DNA of 64,000 nt. Origin: Marsupella aquatica (lineage: Eukaryota; Plantae; Marchantiophyta). The notes beneath the pieces were generated by a model. That model was not told where the DNA came from, did no database searches, and saw nothing but the letters and a program-made list of their open reading frames with translations. Each line of letters opens with the position of its first letter. The stretch's first letter is position 1. The DNA lies in the NCBI GenBank assembly GCA_973895155.1, contig OZ316892.1:14190861-14254860 (forward strand). Reading direction: 5' to 3'. The translations under genes were made by a program, and so were the position numbers. This document shows positions 1 through 12,200 of the stretch, in pieces.

Positions 1-1200
1 CTCAAACGAGAGATTGAAAGGCGTATAGGCCAGGACCCCTAGCTACCGTGGCGACGAAACCGAATGCGAAAGACGCCAATGTCATAGGACTGGAAAACGA
101 CTATGCAGAGCTTGTCAAGCAAGCTGGCCGGGTGATTGGTAGAGGGGAGAGAGACAATCCTGTGGGTACGGGACGATGGCCAATGAAGACTACCGACAAC
201 TCGGAAAGCTCTCACGAGAACGAGGGGAACAAGTAACAATGCAGATGTGCATGCAGAGAGAGAGGCGAGACGAAATGGCGAGACATGCGTTAGAGGACAC
301 ACTCTTTCTTCTTTCCCTCGCAAAAGTAGAGAAGGCACCACGCCCTAATAGGTGCTCGGACTGGCTGGTGAAGAAGAGGAGGAACACCTCACAGAGCAGG
401 AGTTCCCAGCGCAGGGCTAGCAGTGACTTGAATACAATGTAGATACACCCACCCTCAGTTCTCCTCTCTACGTTTCAGTATTCGCCTGGCTCCAGGCGAA
501 TACTACTGAAGAGAGACGTGTGGAAGAAAGGGTTGGAGATGGGAGAGAAAATAGCTACAACTAGCAAGCAGAGCTTGGTAATGATGCAGAGAGAAGAAAC
601 ACACAGCAATCAATAAAACGCATCCGAAAGTACTGTACACGAGAGACGTGAGACGTGAAATGCAAAGTTGGCCAGACACAAGGACACGGGACGAAAGAGT
701 TCGTAGAGAAATATAAAACCCCCACAAATGAAAGGCTGATGAGTGGATCCGCTTCAGGTTCCAAGGCAACAACAACAACAACAAAAAGTCCAATGAAATG
801 GCACAGACGAGCACGAATCGGGGAGCTAGAGAGGTGCAAAACCGTGCGCGAAGTACAGAATGCCAGGCGAGGGAAGCCAATTAATTGGGTGTGCTGGATC
901 TTGGAGAAAGCGTGGAGGACGACGGAATGCGTGACATGGGCGGAGACTTCGCCAAGACCCTTTGCGAGATCCGAGACTGGAGAGCGAGGGCGTCTGCCGA
1001 GGGAAACAGGGACACAGTGCTCGCAGTAGAGTAGACTGGTGTTGACGACAATGGACTTCCCATCTTGACGAGATTGGAGTACTGTAGAGCGCGACGTCGA
1101 TACTCGTTCTCGCTCTCGCTCCAGTGCGGATAGGGTAGTGGGGTACACGTAGAGTCGTAGACATTGGCTGCCTCTCCACAATTGCAGAGGCGCAGAGCTT
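1..1200 (-). promoter_or_regulatory. CpG-rich putative promoter/5' leader of a minus-strand gene whose coding region lies left of the window
   Basis: CpG-rich, CT-rich on the minus strand, and contains donor-like motifs (minus GTGAGG near 387-392, GTGGGT near 447-452). No ORF here resembles a known protein. Composition switches abruptly to AT-rich, CpG-poor repeat at ~1220, as at the 5' ends of the other genes in the window. Confidence 0.35.
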
Positions 1201-2660
1201 ACTGGTGACAATCATGGTGGACCGTATTTTTTATTTTTTATTTTCTGTTTACTTTGCCACCAAAGATGCTCTATTTGGGTAATTTGACTTTTTAAATTTG
1301 TATTTACTTTACCACCAAAGATGCTCTATTTGGATAAATTGATTTTTTTAGTTTGTATTTACTTTGCCACCAAAGATGCTCTATTTGCCATCACATTTAT
1401 ATTTGTATTTATTAATAAACATGTCGACCTTTTTGTATTACAAAGGAGCCATTTGTTTTTTATGTGGACAACAAGTTCACCAACATTGGCAGTCTCTCCA
1501 GAATTACAGAACTACTGGTGACAATCATGTTGGAGGGTAATTGATTTTTTTATTTATTTACTTTGTCACCAAAGATGCTCTATTTGGGTTTTAGTTCACC
1601 AAGATTGGCTGTCTCTCCAGAATTGCAGAACTACTGGTATGGTGGAGGGTAATTGATTTTTTATTTTATCTACTTTGTCACCAAAGATGCTCTATTTGGG
1701 ATTTTCTGTTCTGATTTTTATTTAAGTTGCCACAAAATATGCTCTATTTGACCACATTTATATTTGTATAAATACGTCACTGTTTTGTATATAGACTACA
1801 GGTTCTATAACAAAACCAGAGAAACCATATCAGAAAAGTGTGGCATACTCCCTCTGGGGTTGACAGGATAGTGGTGTCTCTTCAAAATTGCAAAGCTACT
1901 GGTGACAATCATGGAGCATGGTGATTTTATTTTCCATTTTTAAAGCATTTTGTTACTAAAGATATCCTAATTGACAATATTGTCACACTTTTTTATATTT
2001 ATAAATGTGTAGTGGTTTTGTGCATGGACAACAAGTTCATCTAGAGAATTAGACATTGGCTGTCTATCCCAAATTGCAGGGCTAAGGTTGACGATCATGG
2101 ATAAGGGTAATTTGATTTCTCAAATTTCAAATATTTTTTCACTAAAGATTTCTAATTTTAAATGTTGTCACATTTTTTATATTTACAATTGTGTCACCAA
2201 TTTGTACATGGACAACAAGTTCACCAAGAGTATTAGACATGGCTGCAAAGTAATTTTATTTGTCGACTTTCAAGTATTTTTCCACTTAAGATATTTTAAT
2301 TGACAATATTGTCACTGTCACTTCTTTTTATATTTACAAAGGTGCCACTGTTTTCTATCTGGACAACAAGTTCACCATGAGTATTAGACATTGGCTGTCT
2401 CTCCAGAATTGCAGAACTATGGGTGACAATATGGAGCAGGGTGATTTGATTTTTCAATTTTTAAGTGTTTTGCCACTAAAGATGTTCTAATGAACAATGT
2501 TGTCACAATTTTTTAATATTACAAATGTTTTGAGGGATTTGTATATATAGACTACAATTCATCAACTTAACCAGGGAAACTATATACTAAAAGTTTAGCA
2601 TATTTGTAAATACAAGAAAAACACTAACAGAGCTGTAAATTTGAACATCTTTAGTGACAA
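1160..2660. repeat. Degenerate tandem array (irregular units, often ~170-190 bp) ending in a foldback copy
   Basis: Recurrent motifs ATTGGCTGTCTCTCCAGAATTGCAG, CTACTGGTGACAATCATG, TTTGCCACCAAAGATGCTCTATTTG and GGACAACAAGTTCACC at ~1165, 1485, 1605, 1875, 2055, 2240 and 2390. Inverted pair TTGCCACTAAAGATGTTC (2470-2487) / GAACATCTTTAGTGACAA (2643-2660). Confidence 0.85.
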
Positions 2661-2680
2661 CTTAAAGACTGTTTTATTTT

Positions 2681-2900
2681 TAAGGTTTTTTTTCATTTTG
2701 GCGAAGGTGAAAAATGTCAGTTTGTGAGAATGAGAAGATACTAAGAATTTCATATTAAAGGTTTTTTCATTTTGGCCGGGGTGACAAATGTCACTTTATA
2801 TGAGGGAGAAAATGCTAAGAATTTAATTTTTAAGGTTTTTTCCGTTTTTGGCAAGGTAGATGAATGTCACTTTGTGTGGAGGAGAAAATGCTAAAAGATT
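2681..2900. repeat. ~75-bp tandem repeat x3
   Basis: AAGGTTTTTT(T)CATTTTGGC...AAATGTCA...GAGAAAATGCTAAGAATTT units start at ~2681, 2757 and 2831. Confidence 0.8.
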
Positions 2901-3060
2901 CCTTATCTAATTGTCCTAGGCTAATTTTGACTGTTAGATCTCCCTGGGTTTAATGGTAACTGTCAGATTCCAGCTAATGGAGTCTATGGGTAGGTGGGGG
3001 AAAGTGGCTAAGGCTTTCAGTGAGGTGGATGTGGAGGATTTTTGCCACTAAAAAAAAGGC
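2860..3060 (+). mobile_element. Dispersed non-coding repeat family A, copy 1 (other copies ~7462-7570 +, ~37385-37560 +, ~51415-51565 -)
   Basis: Shared core GGAGAAGATGCT...TTATCTAATT...CAGATCT...ATTTAA...AGATTC; the 2860 and 37385 copies end TTTTG(C/T)CACTAAAAAAA(A)GG. Class not determined. Confidence 0.7.
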
Positions 3061-3626
3061 TTGCATGGAGAGACAGGTGAGACCACAATAACAAAGGACT
3101 ACTCACAGATCAACTCCCTTTGGAAATATCATTGTTTTTAGTGTCTACCTTGAATGCAGTTATGGTCCATGAAGCTTTGGGCAGATCTCTTAATGCCTTT
3201 GGAAGAAGCTCATATACAAATGCAACACTTAAATTTGCATGCAATGGCACCTTTACACTTCAGTTCCACAATGACAGTAAACTTGCATTTGACCAGTAAC
3301 ATAAGGTTTTCAGTGGATTTCTTGAATATGTTGTCCATCCAATGACAAGTCCCCTAGCTTGGTTCCATGTCATAACCTCTCACACTTTCATATCATGGCA
3401 CTCTTCATGGTCAAGTATCTTGTAGTATTGTGATACTATAAAGTTCCTGTGCTTATCCAAGTAGCATTGTCAAACATTTGTTTCCAATGGGCAGGTTTTC
3501 AACTACCGAACATTCCAAAAGCAAGAAAAATATAATTGGGCTCCAAGCACTCTAGAGACCTGTCACAAGGGCATTGTCCTGGATAACAGCTTGAGAGCAC
3601 GCCTGCTGCAAGTGATTTTATAGGGA

Positions 3627-4242
3627 CAGCCTGGCCTGCCTCAAGCTTTGTTGAGAACAATATCCTCAAAGAGAGGATTTTACGATAAACATTAAATACT
3701 TTTGGATTCTAGTAAGACTTCGAGAATGCTCAACCGGATGCAGATAGTTGTGCCTAGGTCACTAGGACCTTTTAGGGCTAGGCACAAATGGATCGCTCAG
3801 TCGTCAATGCCAACAATGTTGCAGCTCTTGAGAAGGCTACCATATGCAAGAGCTTTGGATGCCAGGTAGCATGTGCAACTTACCCCATCTCTATGCAATT
3901 ATACAAGAGCTACAAGAAGCCCTTTTGTCGTCATCCACCACACTGAAGTAGGGCTTGCCTTTGATTTGGTGCCCACGAGGCCCCAATGACCTCTGTGTCT
4001 CCACAACTGGCACTCTCCAGTTCAATTATTTTGTTGCCAATCAGGCTGCCGATGCAATTACTTAGTAGGCTGCCGATCATGCAATTACTTAGTTGTAGTC
4101 TATTATGAATGGAGACATAGGCCTGCTCTATGGCACCATCATGGAGGAGGTAAAAGAGTTGACTGGGTATGACCGGGTGGTAGCGTATGCGTTCCATGAG
4201 GATGAGAATGGGGAGGTGGTGCCTGAAATCAGAGAAACTTAG
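3627..4242 (+). pseudogene. PHY: Phytochrome pseudogene fragment (PAS to start of GAF domain)
   Basis: Translates with frameshifts and stops to MLNRMQIVVPRS, LGLGT, VAALEKA, YPISMQLYKSYKKPF, VIHHTEVGLAFDLVP and DLCVSTTGTLQ, then in one frame (4111-4239) [43 protein letters not shown]. This matches the plant phytochrome motif [41 protein letters not shown]. Internal ~25-bp duplication at 4043-4093. Confidence 0.93.
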
Positions 4243-6261
4243 AGGTGGTAAAACACAAGGGTCTGCCCTAGGAAGATTTAGAGATGGTTGCCATTCATTC
4301 CTTGCAACAGCTTTGCCAAGTCCTTATCTCTGTGATTTTATAAGATGCTCAGTCCAATGCATGTTTGGTATCAGCAGAGATCCTTGTCCATGCTCAAAAT
4401 GGGCCAAAATAGCTTGAGAGATTTTGAAGCAATCTTCTCATTGCTAAGGTGATGGAACACTATGCAAACTCTAACTAGTTGAAACTGCACTTTGCAGTAT
4501 TTATGTTGGTTGGCTTTGCTTTGAAATTAAACTTTCACAATTTGTAGGTGTGACATTCAATCTACACGTACACCTCATTGTGTGCTCCAAGCTGTGCACA
4601 ATTCTTGATGGAATATGTATAGCAATGTAAATGGCTGCTTTACTGAGAAAATCACTTCAGGCTTTATATCAAAGAGCCAAGTAAAAACAAACTCAGAACG
4701 GTACACATGGCATACTGTTTGATTATAATTTCTCATCAGTATAATTTCTCTAGCCTATGAAACTCTCTGTTAGGATCTTTACAACCAATTTGAGTTCTAA
4801 CAAATTCAGGCTAAAAGAGGAGGCTAACAAAGCACTTTTATTGGTCCAAGTGTTGGACATAAATGGAGATGAGAACTCTCATGCATACTGGATGCTTAGA
4901 TTGGCATCCCCATGAGACTCAATGTTTTAATGGCAGAAGTTTGTTAGGGGAGTTTGTTAGAGCTCAGTTTTTTTTGTAAAGATCCCAATGAGAGAGTTGA
5001 GCAAGGTGTTGACAAAGAGCAAAGCATCAGGAAGATAATAACCACATACATTCACTAAATGCTACACCATCTCCTGCAAAAATTGTGTGTGAGTGAAACA
5101 TTTGGCAAGACTCAAATATCCTACTATTGCTTGAAGCAAACTTCAAAGGAGATAAAAATTGCAATGAGAACAAAAGAAGGAGCTCAAGCAAATGAAGGCA
5201 CTCCTTGTTATACAACTGAGGCTTGTTGTACAGACAGGGAGTTAATAGTTAGTACATACAATTAAGGCTAGGATCACGGGGTATATGACTTTCATATGTT
5301 GGGATTCCTACCTCTTCATCACATCTCATGACAACTCACATGTGACCAATGTTTGCCCTCCGATGCCACATGTGAGTTGCATAAAAGTAAAGACTGATCA
5401 TAGAAAGAAGTGAAGGGGGATACAAAAAAAGTTTGACACATGTTCAATTGGACATTTGACAAAGAGGTTGAGCCACAGTTTAAGGAAAATTTGCAAGGAC
5501 TTATTTATCAATAAAGAGGACATTTACAAGAGAATGTAAAAATGGAGGCACAAATGAAGTCACTACCCAATATTAAATAATCGGGGTAATGTGCAAAAAC
5601 AGGAATCAAGATAGCCTAATGCCAGTTTAGTATTGGAGAGAGCTATGTAGGGCTCCAGATTGCTCCACTGTAGGCCCCTTATTAACACCTAGGTCCTTCC
5701 AATCTAGATTGTCTTCTCCTTTGTCAGGCAACAAATCCAGTGAGATCAATCGGGGATGTGCATATGCCTAGAGTTTATCCAACTCATTGAAGGTGTTATC
5801 CATATTGTGATGAAAATCTGGGTCCTTCACATTGAATGTAACGCCTGATCCTGACCTAGGATCCAACTACAAACCTCCTCCTCTGGTAGCCCTCATCATT
5901 TGGTTTGCGACAGACCCAATAGCTTCTTGAGATCACTTTTGGATCTCAAGCTATGGTCCATTGTTCACCCTAAGTTTCTCTTAAATGCATCACTGTCTAC
6001 TCTTGTGCTACTCCCATGGTTTAGAGGGAGTAGAGATGGGTCTCAACTAGTCAGGGCCAAGTGATGCCTTGTGAATTTTTTTAGAGCATACATTCCCTTC
6101 ATATATAGTTTTGGAGACTGACCACCTTGGACAAACTTTGGTCCTCTATTTATGGTCCCTACCCCAAATCTAGTGAGGACTATCACTTCTGGGTTGTGAC
6201 TAGGTTGATTGTGAGCTCATGATGGTACTACCAGCAACCACTCATGACCACCTTCTTTAAG

Positions 6262-6650
6262 ATGTCTTCTTGGATATAGAAGGTATTGCAATGGATTTGC
6301 AATACCCTTGACAATGCCAATTCCTGTGGCTTATGCATGCTTGCCATCCTCCAAAGCTTCCCATCCAATAACAAGGCATTATATAGCTAAAATGCACTTT
6401 TGAGTTCATTGGGATGTAGCTCTCATTTGTAATATGCTGCATGCTAAACTTATTTGTCAATGAATGTGAGAAAAAAATTGAGAAATGGATATGAGGAGAG
6501 CGAGAGACACAGTGATGCATGAAAACAAAGGGCTTGCTTTTCTTCAATATCCATCCCTGGCTTGGAAGACCCTCCCCATACAGAGTGCAAAGCTTGCAGG
6601 GTTGTCCAATCAAATCTCCTCATATCCTCTTCAGAACCATGCAGGCTGGT
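6262..6650 (-). pseudogene. Possible heavily decayed receptor-like kinase fragment
   Basis: Collinear, frameshifted peptides MRRFDWTTLQA, TLYGEGLPSQG, YIPMNS and IGIVKGIANPLQYL resemble the RLK motifs RRFSxxELQ, VYxGxLP, YMPNGS and IIKGIAxxLxYL. Similarity is weak. Confidence 0.3.
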
Positions 6651-7579
6651 CAAATACTAACTGGCCGAGGTGTAGCATTTCTGTCCATGAAAAACCCATT
6701 ACTTAAACCTCTGTTTGTGGCCTATTGTCCACTGTGGAGCTGCTCTTTGTGCGTTGTTTGAGATTTGGCATGGGTTAGGTCAACACCCCATCACAACAAC
6801 CCACCTCGGTAATTAAAGAGTTTGAGATTCTCTGAGTAACCCTTGCCAACACTATGGAATCGGATGCCCAGCTATTTTGCAATGAAGCCAGACCAGACTC
6901 AGTGCGTCCACAAGTACATCGTAGTGCCATTCTGGTTTGTGCAAGTATACCAAAGTGCCATGCTGGTCCTCTCCACCTAGTGTTGGCCACTTTTGGATGT
7001 GTACTGTATTTATCTAATGTTGTACATTGGGACCTCAATTAATGAAGAGAATGAAAAGTTCATCAATGCAAGGTTAGGAAAATCCAATTGGTCAGGTTGG
7101 TAGCAGGGGAAACCCAATTTGTTAGCGTGATGCTAGGGAAAACCTAATTGTGATATCAAGGAAAACATAATTAGGCAGCGTGAATACAGTGAGACTCAAA
7201 ATAAGTGAGGGTGAAATGTGGAAAAAACTTACCTTGGCATGGTCCGAAAGCAAATTTAGAAACTCAGGGCAAATGGCAAAACTAAAATATCTTTCCCAAC
7301 GCTAACCTGAACTTAAACCAACTTAAACCAGATGCTACCACCTCATAGAAAGGTTCATGCGAAAATTGAAGACAACTTCATGCTCTGGAGTTGCATGGCA
7401 ATTCAGTAATGTACGACAGAAGCTACAGTCAGAGTAATTTTCAAGATTTTCTCTTCTGCCAGGGTGGCAAATGTCAGCTCATGCAAGGAGAAGATTTTGG
7501 GAATATTCATTATCTTATATTCCTATATTATTCCGTGATGACCATCACATCTTCCTAAATTATTTTCATTTGTTTTATG

Positions 7580-7910
7580 GCCAGAAGTCATTGTCCTTAA
7601 CTATGAAGCTTTGAGGCCCTAGTAGATTACACCTCTCTGAACAGTCTTGCCACACTCTTGGCAAAATTTCACTAACTTTTTGTCAAAACCCCATTAGCTA
7701 GATAAACAAATGGCCATAGTTTTTTCACAGGATTATACAAGGTTTTCAGTAGCCTCTATAGTGACTTTTGGTCATGACATATGATCAATCTCCATGGCAA
7801 AAGATTATGTATCATGAATATGGTAGTCCATATCTTTTTGTGTCCCAAGCCTTAACTTAGTACTGAAGGTCCATAAAATTTTGAGGTTTGAGACCACCTA
7901 CTGTAGACAA
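7580..7910. mobile_element. Dispersed repeat family B (related sequence at ~31740-31960, partly in opposite orientation)
   Basis: 7700-7830 (ATAAACAAATGGCCATAG...GCCTCTATAGTGACTTTTGGTCATG) is the reverse complement of 31750-31890. 7581-7660 matches 31890-31970 directly (AAGTCATT...AAGCTTTGAG). Confidence 0.7.
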
Positions 7911-7959
7911 TTTTTGGCACTTCAAAAACATGCTGGGTGCATTAGTAGAGAGGAGTAGA

Positions 7960-9017
7960 AACCTTCAGCCAGGAATTGAAGAGCTCTCTTTCATGTCATT
8001 TATAAGTATCATTTCTCTCTCATTCATTAGAAGAGATAGAGTCTTTCTCCATAAAACTTGCTAAAGGGCTGCAATTCATTTTATTGAAATGTAAATGCAG
8101 TGTGAAAAGAAGAGCTTTAGGATAGCAGGATTAAAAAAGTTAGTAGAGATGCCAAAATAATTAGAATATAAATAATACAAGTGGTGCACCATGTTATGGC
8201 ACGTTGAAAAAAATACACAACAGAAAATCTTAAAAAGACAAAATACTGAATGGTGGGTTGGTTGTATACCCTTGTCAAAAAAATTAGAAATACACAACAG
8301 AAAATCTTAAAATGACAAAATACTGATAGGTGGGTTGGTTGTATACCCTTGTCAAAACATTTAAAAATACACGACATAAAATCTTAATAAGTTGGCCATA
8401 TAACAGTGTCAAAAAATTCAGCCAGGAATAGCTCTGACTCGTGGTTAGTAGAAATAAAAACAGACAACAGAAAATCTTAATAAAATGTTAGTAAGTTTTC
8501 TTAATAAGACAAAATATTGAAAGCTGGGTTTGGCCATAGAGTAGTGTCAAAAAAATTCAGCCAGGAATCTAAAGGCTCGTTTGGGTCGTTAAATAAAACA
8601 TAAACTCTTTTAATAAGACAAATGGGCCATTATAGAAGTATAGAAAAACTCAGCTAGGAACTGAAGAGCTCTCTTGGTTACAAAGAGACCGAACCCATAT
8701 AGTAGTGGCAAGAAATTCAGGCAGGAATCTAAAGGCTCGTTTGGGTCGTTAAATAAACAGAAACTCTTTTAATATGACAAATTTGCCATTATAGAAGTAT
8801 AGAAAAACTCAGCTAGGAACTGAAGAGCTCTCTTGGTTACAAAGAGACCGAACCCATATAGTAGTGTCAAGAAATTCAGCCAGGAATCCAAAGGCTCTTT
8901 CGGGTCGTTAAATAAAACATAAACTCTTTTAATAAGGCAAATTGGCCATTATAGAAGTATCGAAAAACTCAGCCAGGAACTGAAGAGCTCGCTTGGTTAC
9001 AAAGCGACCGAACCCAT
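7960..9017. repeat. Tandem array upstream of SEC5: ~78-bp units grading into ~160-bp dimeric units x3
   Basis: AAATACACAACAGAAAATCTTAA at ~8210, 8288 and 8365. GTAGTGTCAA..AAATTCAGCCAGGAATC...ACCGAACCCAT at 8541, 8702 and 8861. Each 160-mer has two CAGC(C/T)AGGAA-like subunits. Confidence 0.9.
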
Positions 9018-9042
9018 TCAGATCCGCACGAAGTGGCAAAGC

Positions 9043-9070
9043 GAGAAGAGAAGAGAAGAGAAGAGAAGAG
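9043..9070 (+). repeat. (GAGAA)n microsatellite in the SEC5 promoter/leader
   Basis: Five consecutive GAGAA units. Confidence 0.85.
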
Positions 9071-9269
9071 GAGAGCTCCGGCGCTTTGCCTTAGTAGAGT
9101 GATGAACCTCTCTCTCACATGCACGAGTGGCGAGAGGAAACTGATCCGGTCCTGGGAGGTGCGGAAGATTGAAACCGTGTTCATCGAACACCATTCGGAG
9201 CAGCAGATCGCTTGGAACGAAGGCGCGTGAGTTCTCCCCAGTACCTGATCAATCGGACCCAGCATCGTC

Positions 9270-12200
9270 ATGTCTAGCGACGACGACGACGAGGAAGAGC
9301 TCCTTCAGCGAGCATTGGCGCAGCAAGCGCAGCGAGATGAAAACTTGAAGCGGACTGCAGCAGTGCCACCACCGCCGACTTCAGGATTGTCGGGATTGCC
9401 TCCCCCTCAGCGCCTTGCCCCTACTCCCGTTGTTGCGAGCACCGCTACTACGGGCCGAGCAGCAGGGCGTTCGGGCTCGGGCTCGGGCTCCGGCTCCGGT
9501 CCTCCCAGACGAACTCCACCTCGAACGCCTCCCAATCGTGCTCCTCCCCCCGCCCCTGCTGCCACCATGGACGACGATGAGGAAGAGTCTGATGTCGAGC
9601 TTCTCAGCATTTCTTCGGACGACGATATACCGCCTCCTACCCGCCGGGACCCCGCGCAGCAGCGAGAGGGTGGCTCCAATTGGGCACAGGGTGGCGGTGA
9701 GGCTGATGACAGCGATTTGGAGTGGGACGAGGATGGTCATGAACCAGAGAACTGGACCAATGTGGACCAAGCTGAGGTGGAGATGCCATCCCTTTACTTA
9801 CCCCAGTGTTATCACCCTACAAATTAGATCCCCATTCAATCTACATTGAGCGCGATCGTTTTCAGAGATATGTACTATACGATCGTCTTTCTGCATGATT
9901 GCCACTCAGAATTATGGCCGTGGATCTTTCCCGGAGCTGTCCTGCTGTAAATTCTTTGCTTCGGGAGCAGAGTAGGGTTGTCTCGCCATACCGTACCACT
10001 TCTAGTGATTGGCTGCTCTGTGTGCGCCTGTAGTTACTCTGTCGAACTTGTGCTTCCTGAATCCCGTTAATGGTCTAACAGTTTCTTAAGGGTATATATT
10101 TCATATGGAAATCTGAATGCACGGGGGAGGAGCTCCGGATTTATCTTGAACCTTTGGATCTATAGGGTACGAAGAATCCGAATTGCACTTTCTGTAGGCA
10201 TATGCTATCTCTAGCTGTTATGTGAAAGCTGGGAAGCCAAATTGATAATCGTTTACATTGATGCACTAAGGGGGCCACTGACTGGAACCCTCGATTTTTC
10301 AATGATCATGCTTTCTTTGGAGGCTCTCCACAATATCACAACAATAGTAAGAAATTAGACTGAAGCATTCTTTGCACGGGTCTTGCTTTAATATGTCAGT
10401 TATTTACCGGAGGTTCACATCCCGTTTCGTGGGCACGAAAGTTCACCACACTATCGAATGAGCACATTCTCTTTGAGGCCTTGAGGATTCTATTGATATT
10501 GATGCAGTACAAACATCTAAGCGTCGACGTGAATTTGCCGTGTAAACTCCATGTATTACAACTCACACATTGGTTGCTACTATCTAATGATTCCAAACAT
10601 CCCGTTACGGGGCAGAGAAGAGTGTTTTAATATTCTTGACGTCTTGTGCAAACTGCAGCTAGTTCGCAGGGTTCGGGAAATGCGGGAAGCACGGACTGCA
10701 CGTAGTACCCTCCCAACCACAAGACTTCGTCGAACCACCACTATTGTTGATGCTCCCCGGGGGGAGGATTTACTTGATCCGCTTGGTCTTGGGTATGTCA
10801 AGTAGTCTCGTTTTTATGGTCGCAGTATATATGAGTTTTGAGTCATCTTGACCTATCTGATGTTTTGATTAGATTCAATCTACACTCGACGTTCTTAAGA
10901 TGAAAAATGTCCACATGGTGATCACGTGTAAAGGATATTCACCTTCACAAGAAAAGTTGTAGCGGGGTTGAGCTGTTCTGTGGGGGAATTCGGGATCTTG
11001 TTCCTTTGAGTCACTCTTCATGCCTGATATTTAGAAGACTGTTTTGATTTATCTGAACCGCATTGTGCCGCCTGCAGGCTCATAAATGTTAAATCCCTGG
11101 CTTTAGTGAGGGACAAACGAGACTCTTATCAAAATGGAAAAGCGGGTAGCACTGAATTTCAAGCAGGCGAAGAAGAAACTCCACCTGCTCGCGATTCATC
11201 TTTGAGAGGTTCGTCTAGATGGCACCTTTTTCTGCCTTTGTGGCTTGTCTCGTGTCTTACGCCAAGTTTGGCATTTGATCATTGCTCTGTGACGCATGGA
11301 CCGACGGAGTATATGGTGTCTTTTCTTCATTTTTTGTGTATTACTAGAAGGCAAGTGAGACTGAGATATTCTGGCAATGAGCTTATTGCACTGTGGCACA
11401 CAGATAGTTTGTCTCTTCCGCATAGTCTTAGGACGTAAATTAGTATCGAACTCTTATGAATGCTGGGTTTCAACCTTCTGCTGAGCTAAGGTTCGTTTTT
11501 GTGCAGAAAAGGTCATGTATCACTCTGAAAGCTTTGATCCAAAGTTCTTCTTGGCTCGCATACACAAAAACACGAGCACTTCCGATCTTGAGGCCGGACA
11601 GGGTGCACTGACAATGGACTTACAAACTTGCAAGGATCAGCTTAAGAAACTCGTCAAAGAAAACTTTGATTGTTTCATATCTTGTAAAAATACAATCGAT
11701 GGTACAACTCTTGTCTTTGCTCAAGTTTTGGCAACTCGTGGTCAGTGTTTACTTAGGTGTCCAGTTTTTGATGTAAGAGTAGGCGTTGGAAGTAAGAACA
11801 AAGGCAACAGACGTGTCTGATTTAGGAGGCCTTGGTTCCTACAGGGGACGTTTATGTGCGTTTGTCAGGTTTTCTCGGATACAAGACACCCAGATTTTTC
11901 TTTACAAGTTTTTTGACTCATGAACTATGGACGCAAATTTAACTCCTTATAAGCATCTGCTGTAGCCTTGTAGCCATAGACCCTACCCCATGGATGGATT
12001 GAACTGAGTCAAAGATGGGACGTGCAGGAACATAAGCAAAAGATACCTGTCTAAAATCAAAATAGATAGTGGGATTAGGGGCATTTCAGAATACAACCAA
12101 TAATTATTATGAACGATCAACACAAATAGAGAAGAGACCCTAAAAACCGTTTTTGATCTGTGCTCCAGCCTTTTAAGTCGACTCCATACTTCTGAAATGC

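Noticed and set aside
484-494. miR160-like CGCCTGGCTCC
   Set aside because: Only 11 nt match and no precursor-length hairpin.
39-1215. Overlapping ORFs of 60-216 aa at the window start
   Set aside because: No recognisable domains on either strand; consistent with chance ORFs in GC-rich leader DNA.
5860-5960. Faint resemblance to antisense large-subunit rRNA
   Set aside because: Only a few short words match and they do not extend.
3627-6650. Phytochrome-kinase chimera (neochrome- or Ceratodon PHY1-like)
   Set aside because: The fragments are on opposite strands, 2 kb apart and both disrupted.
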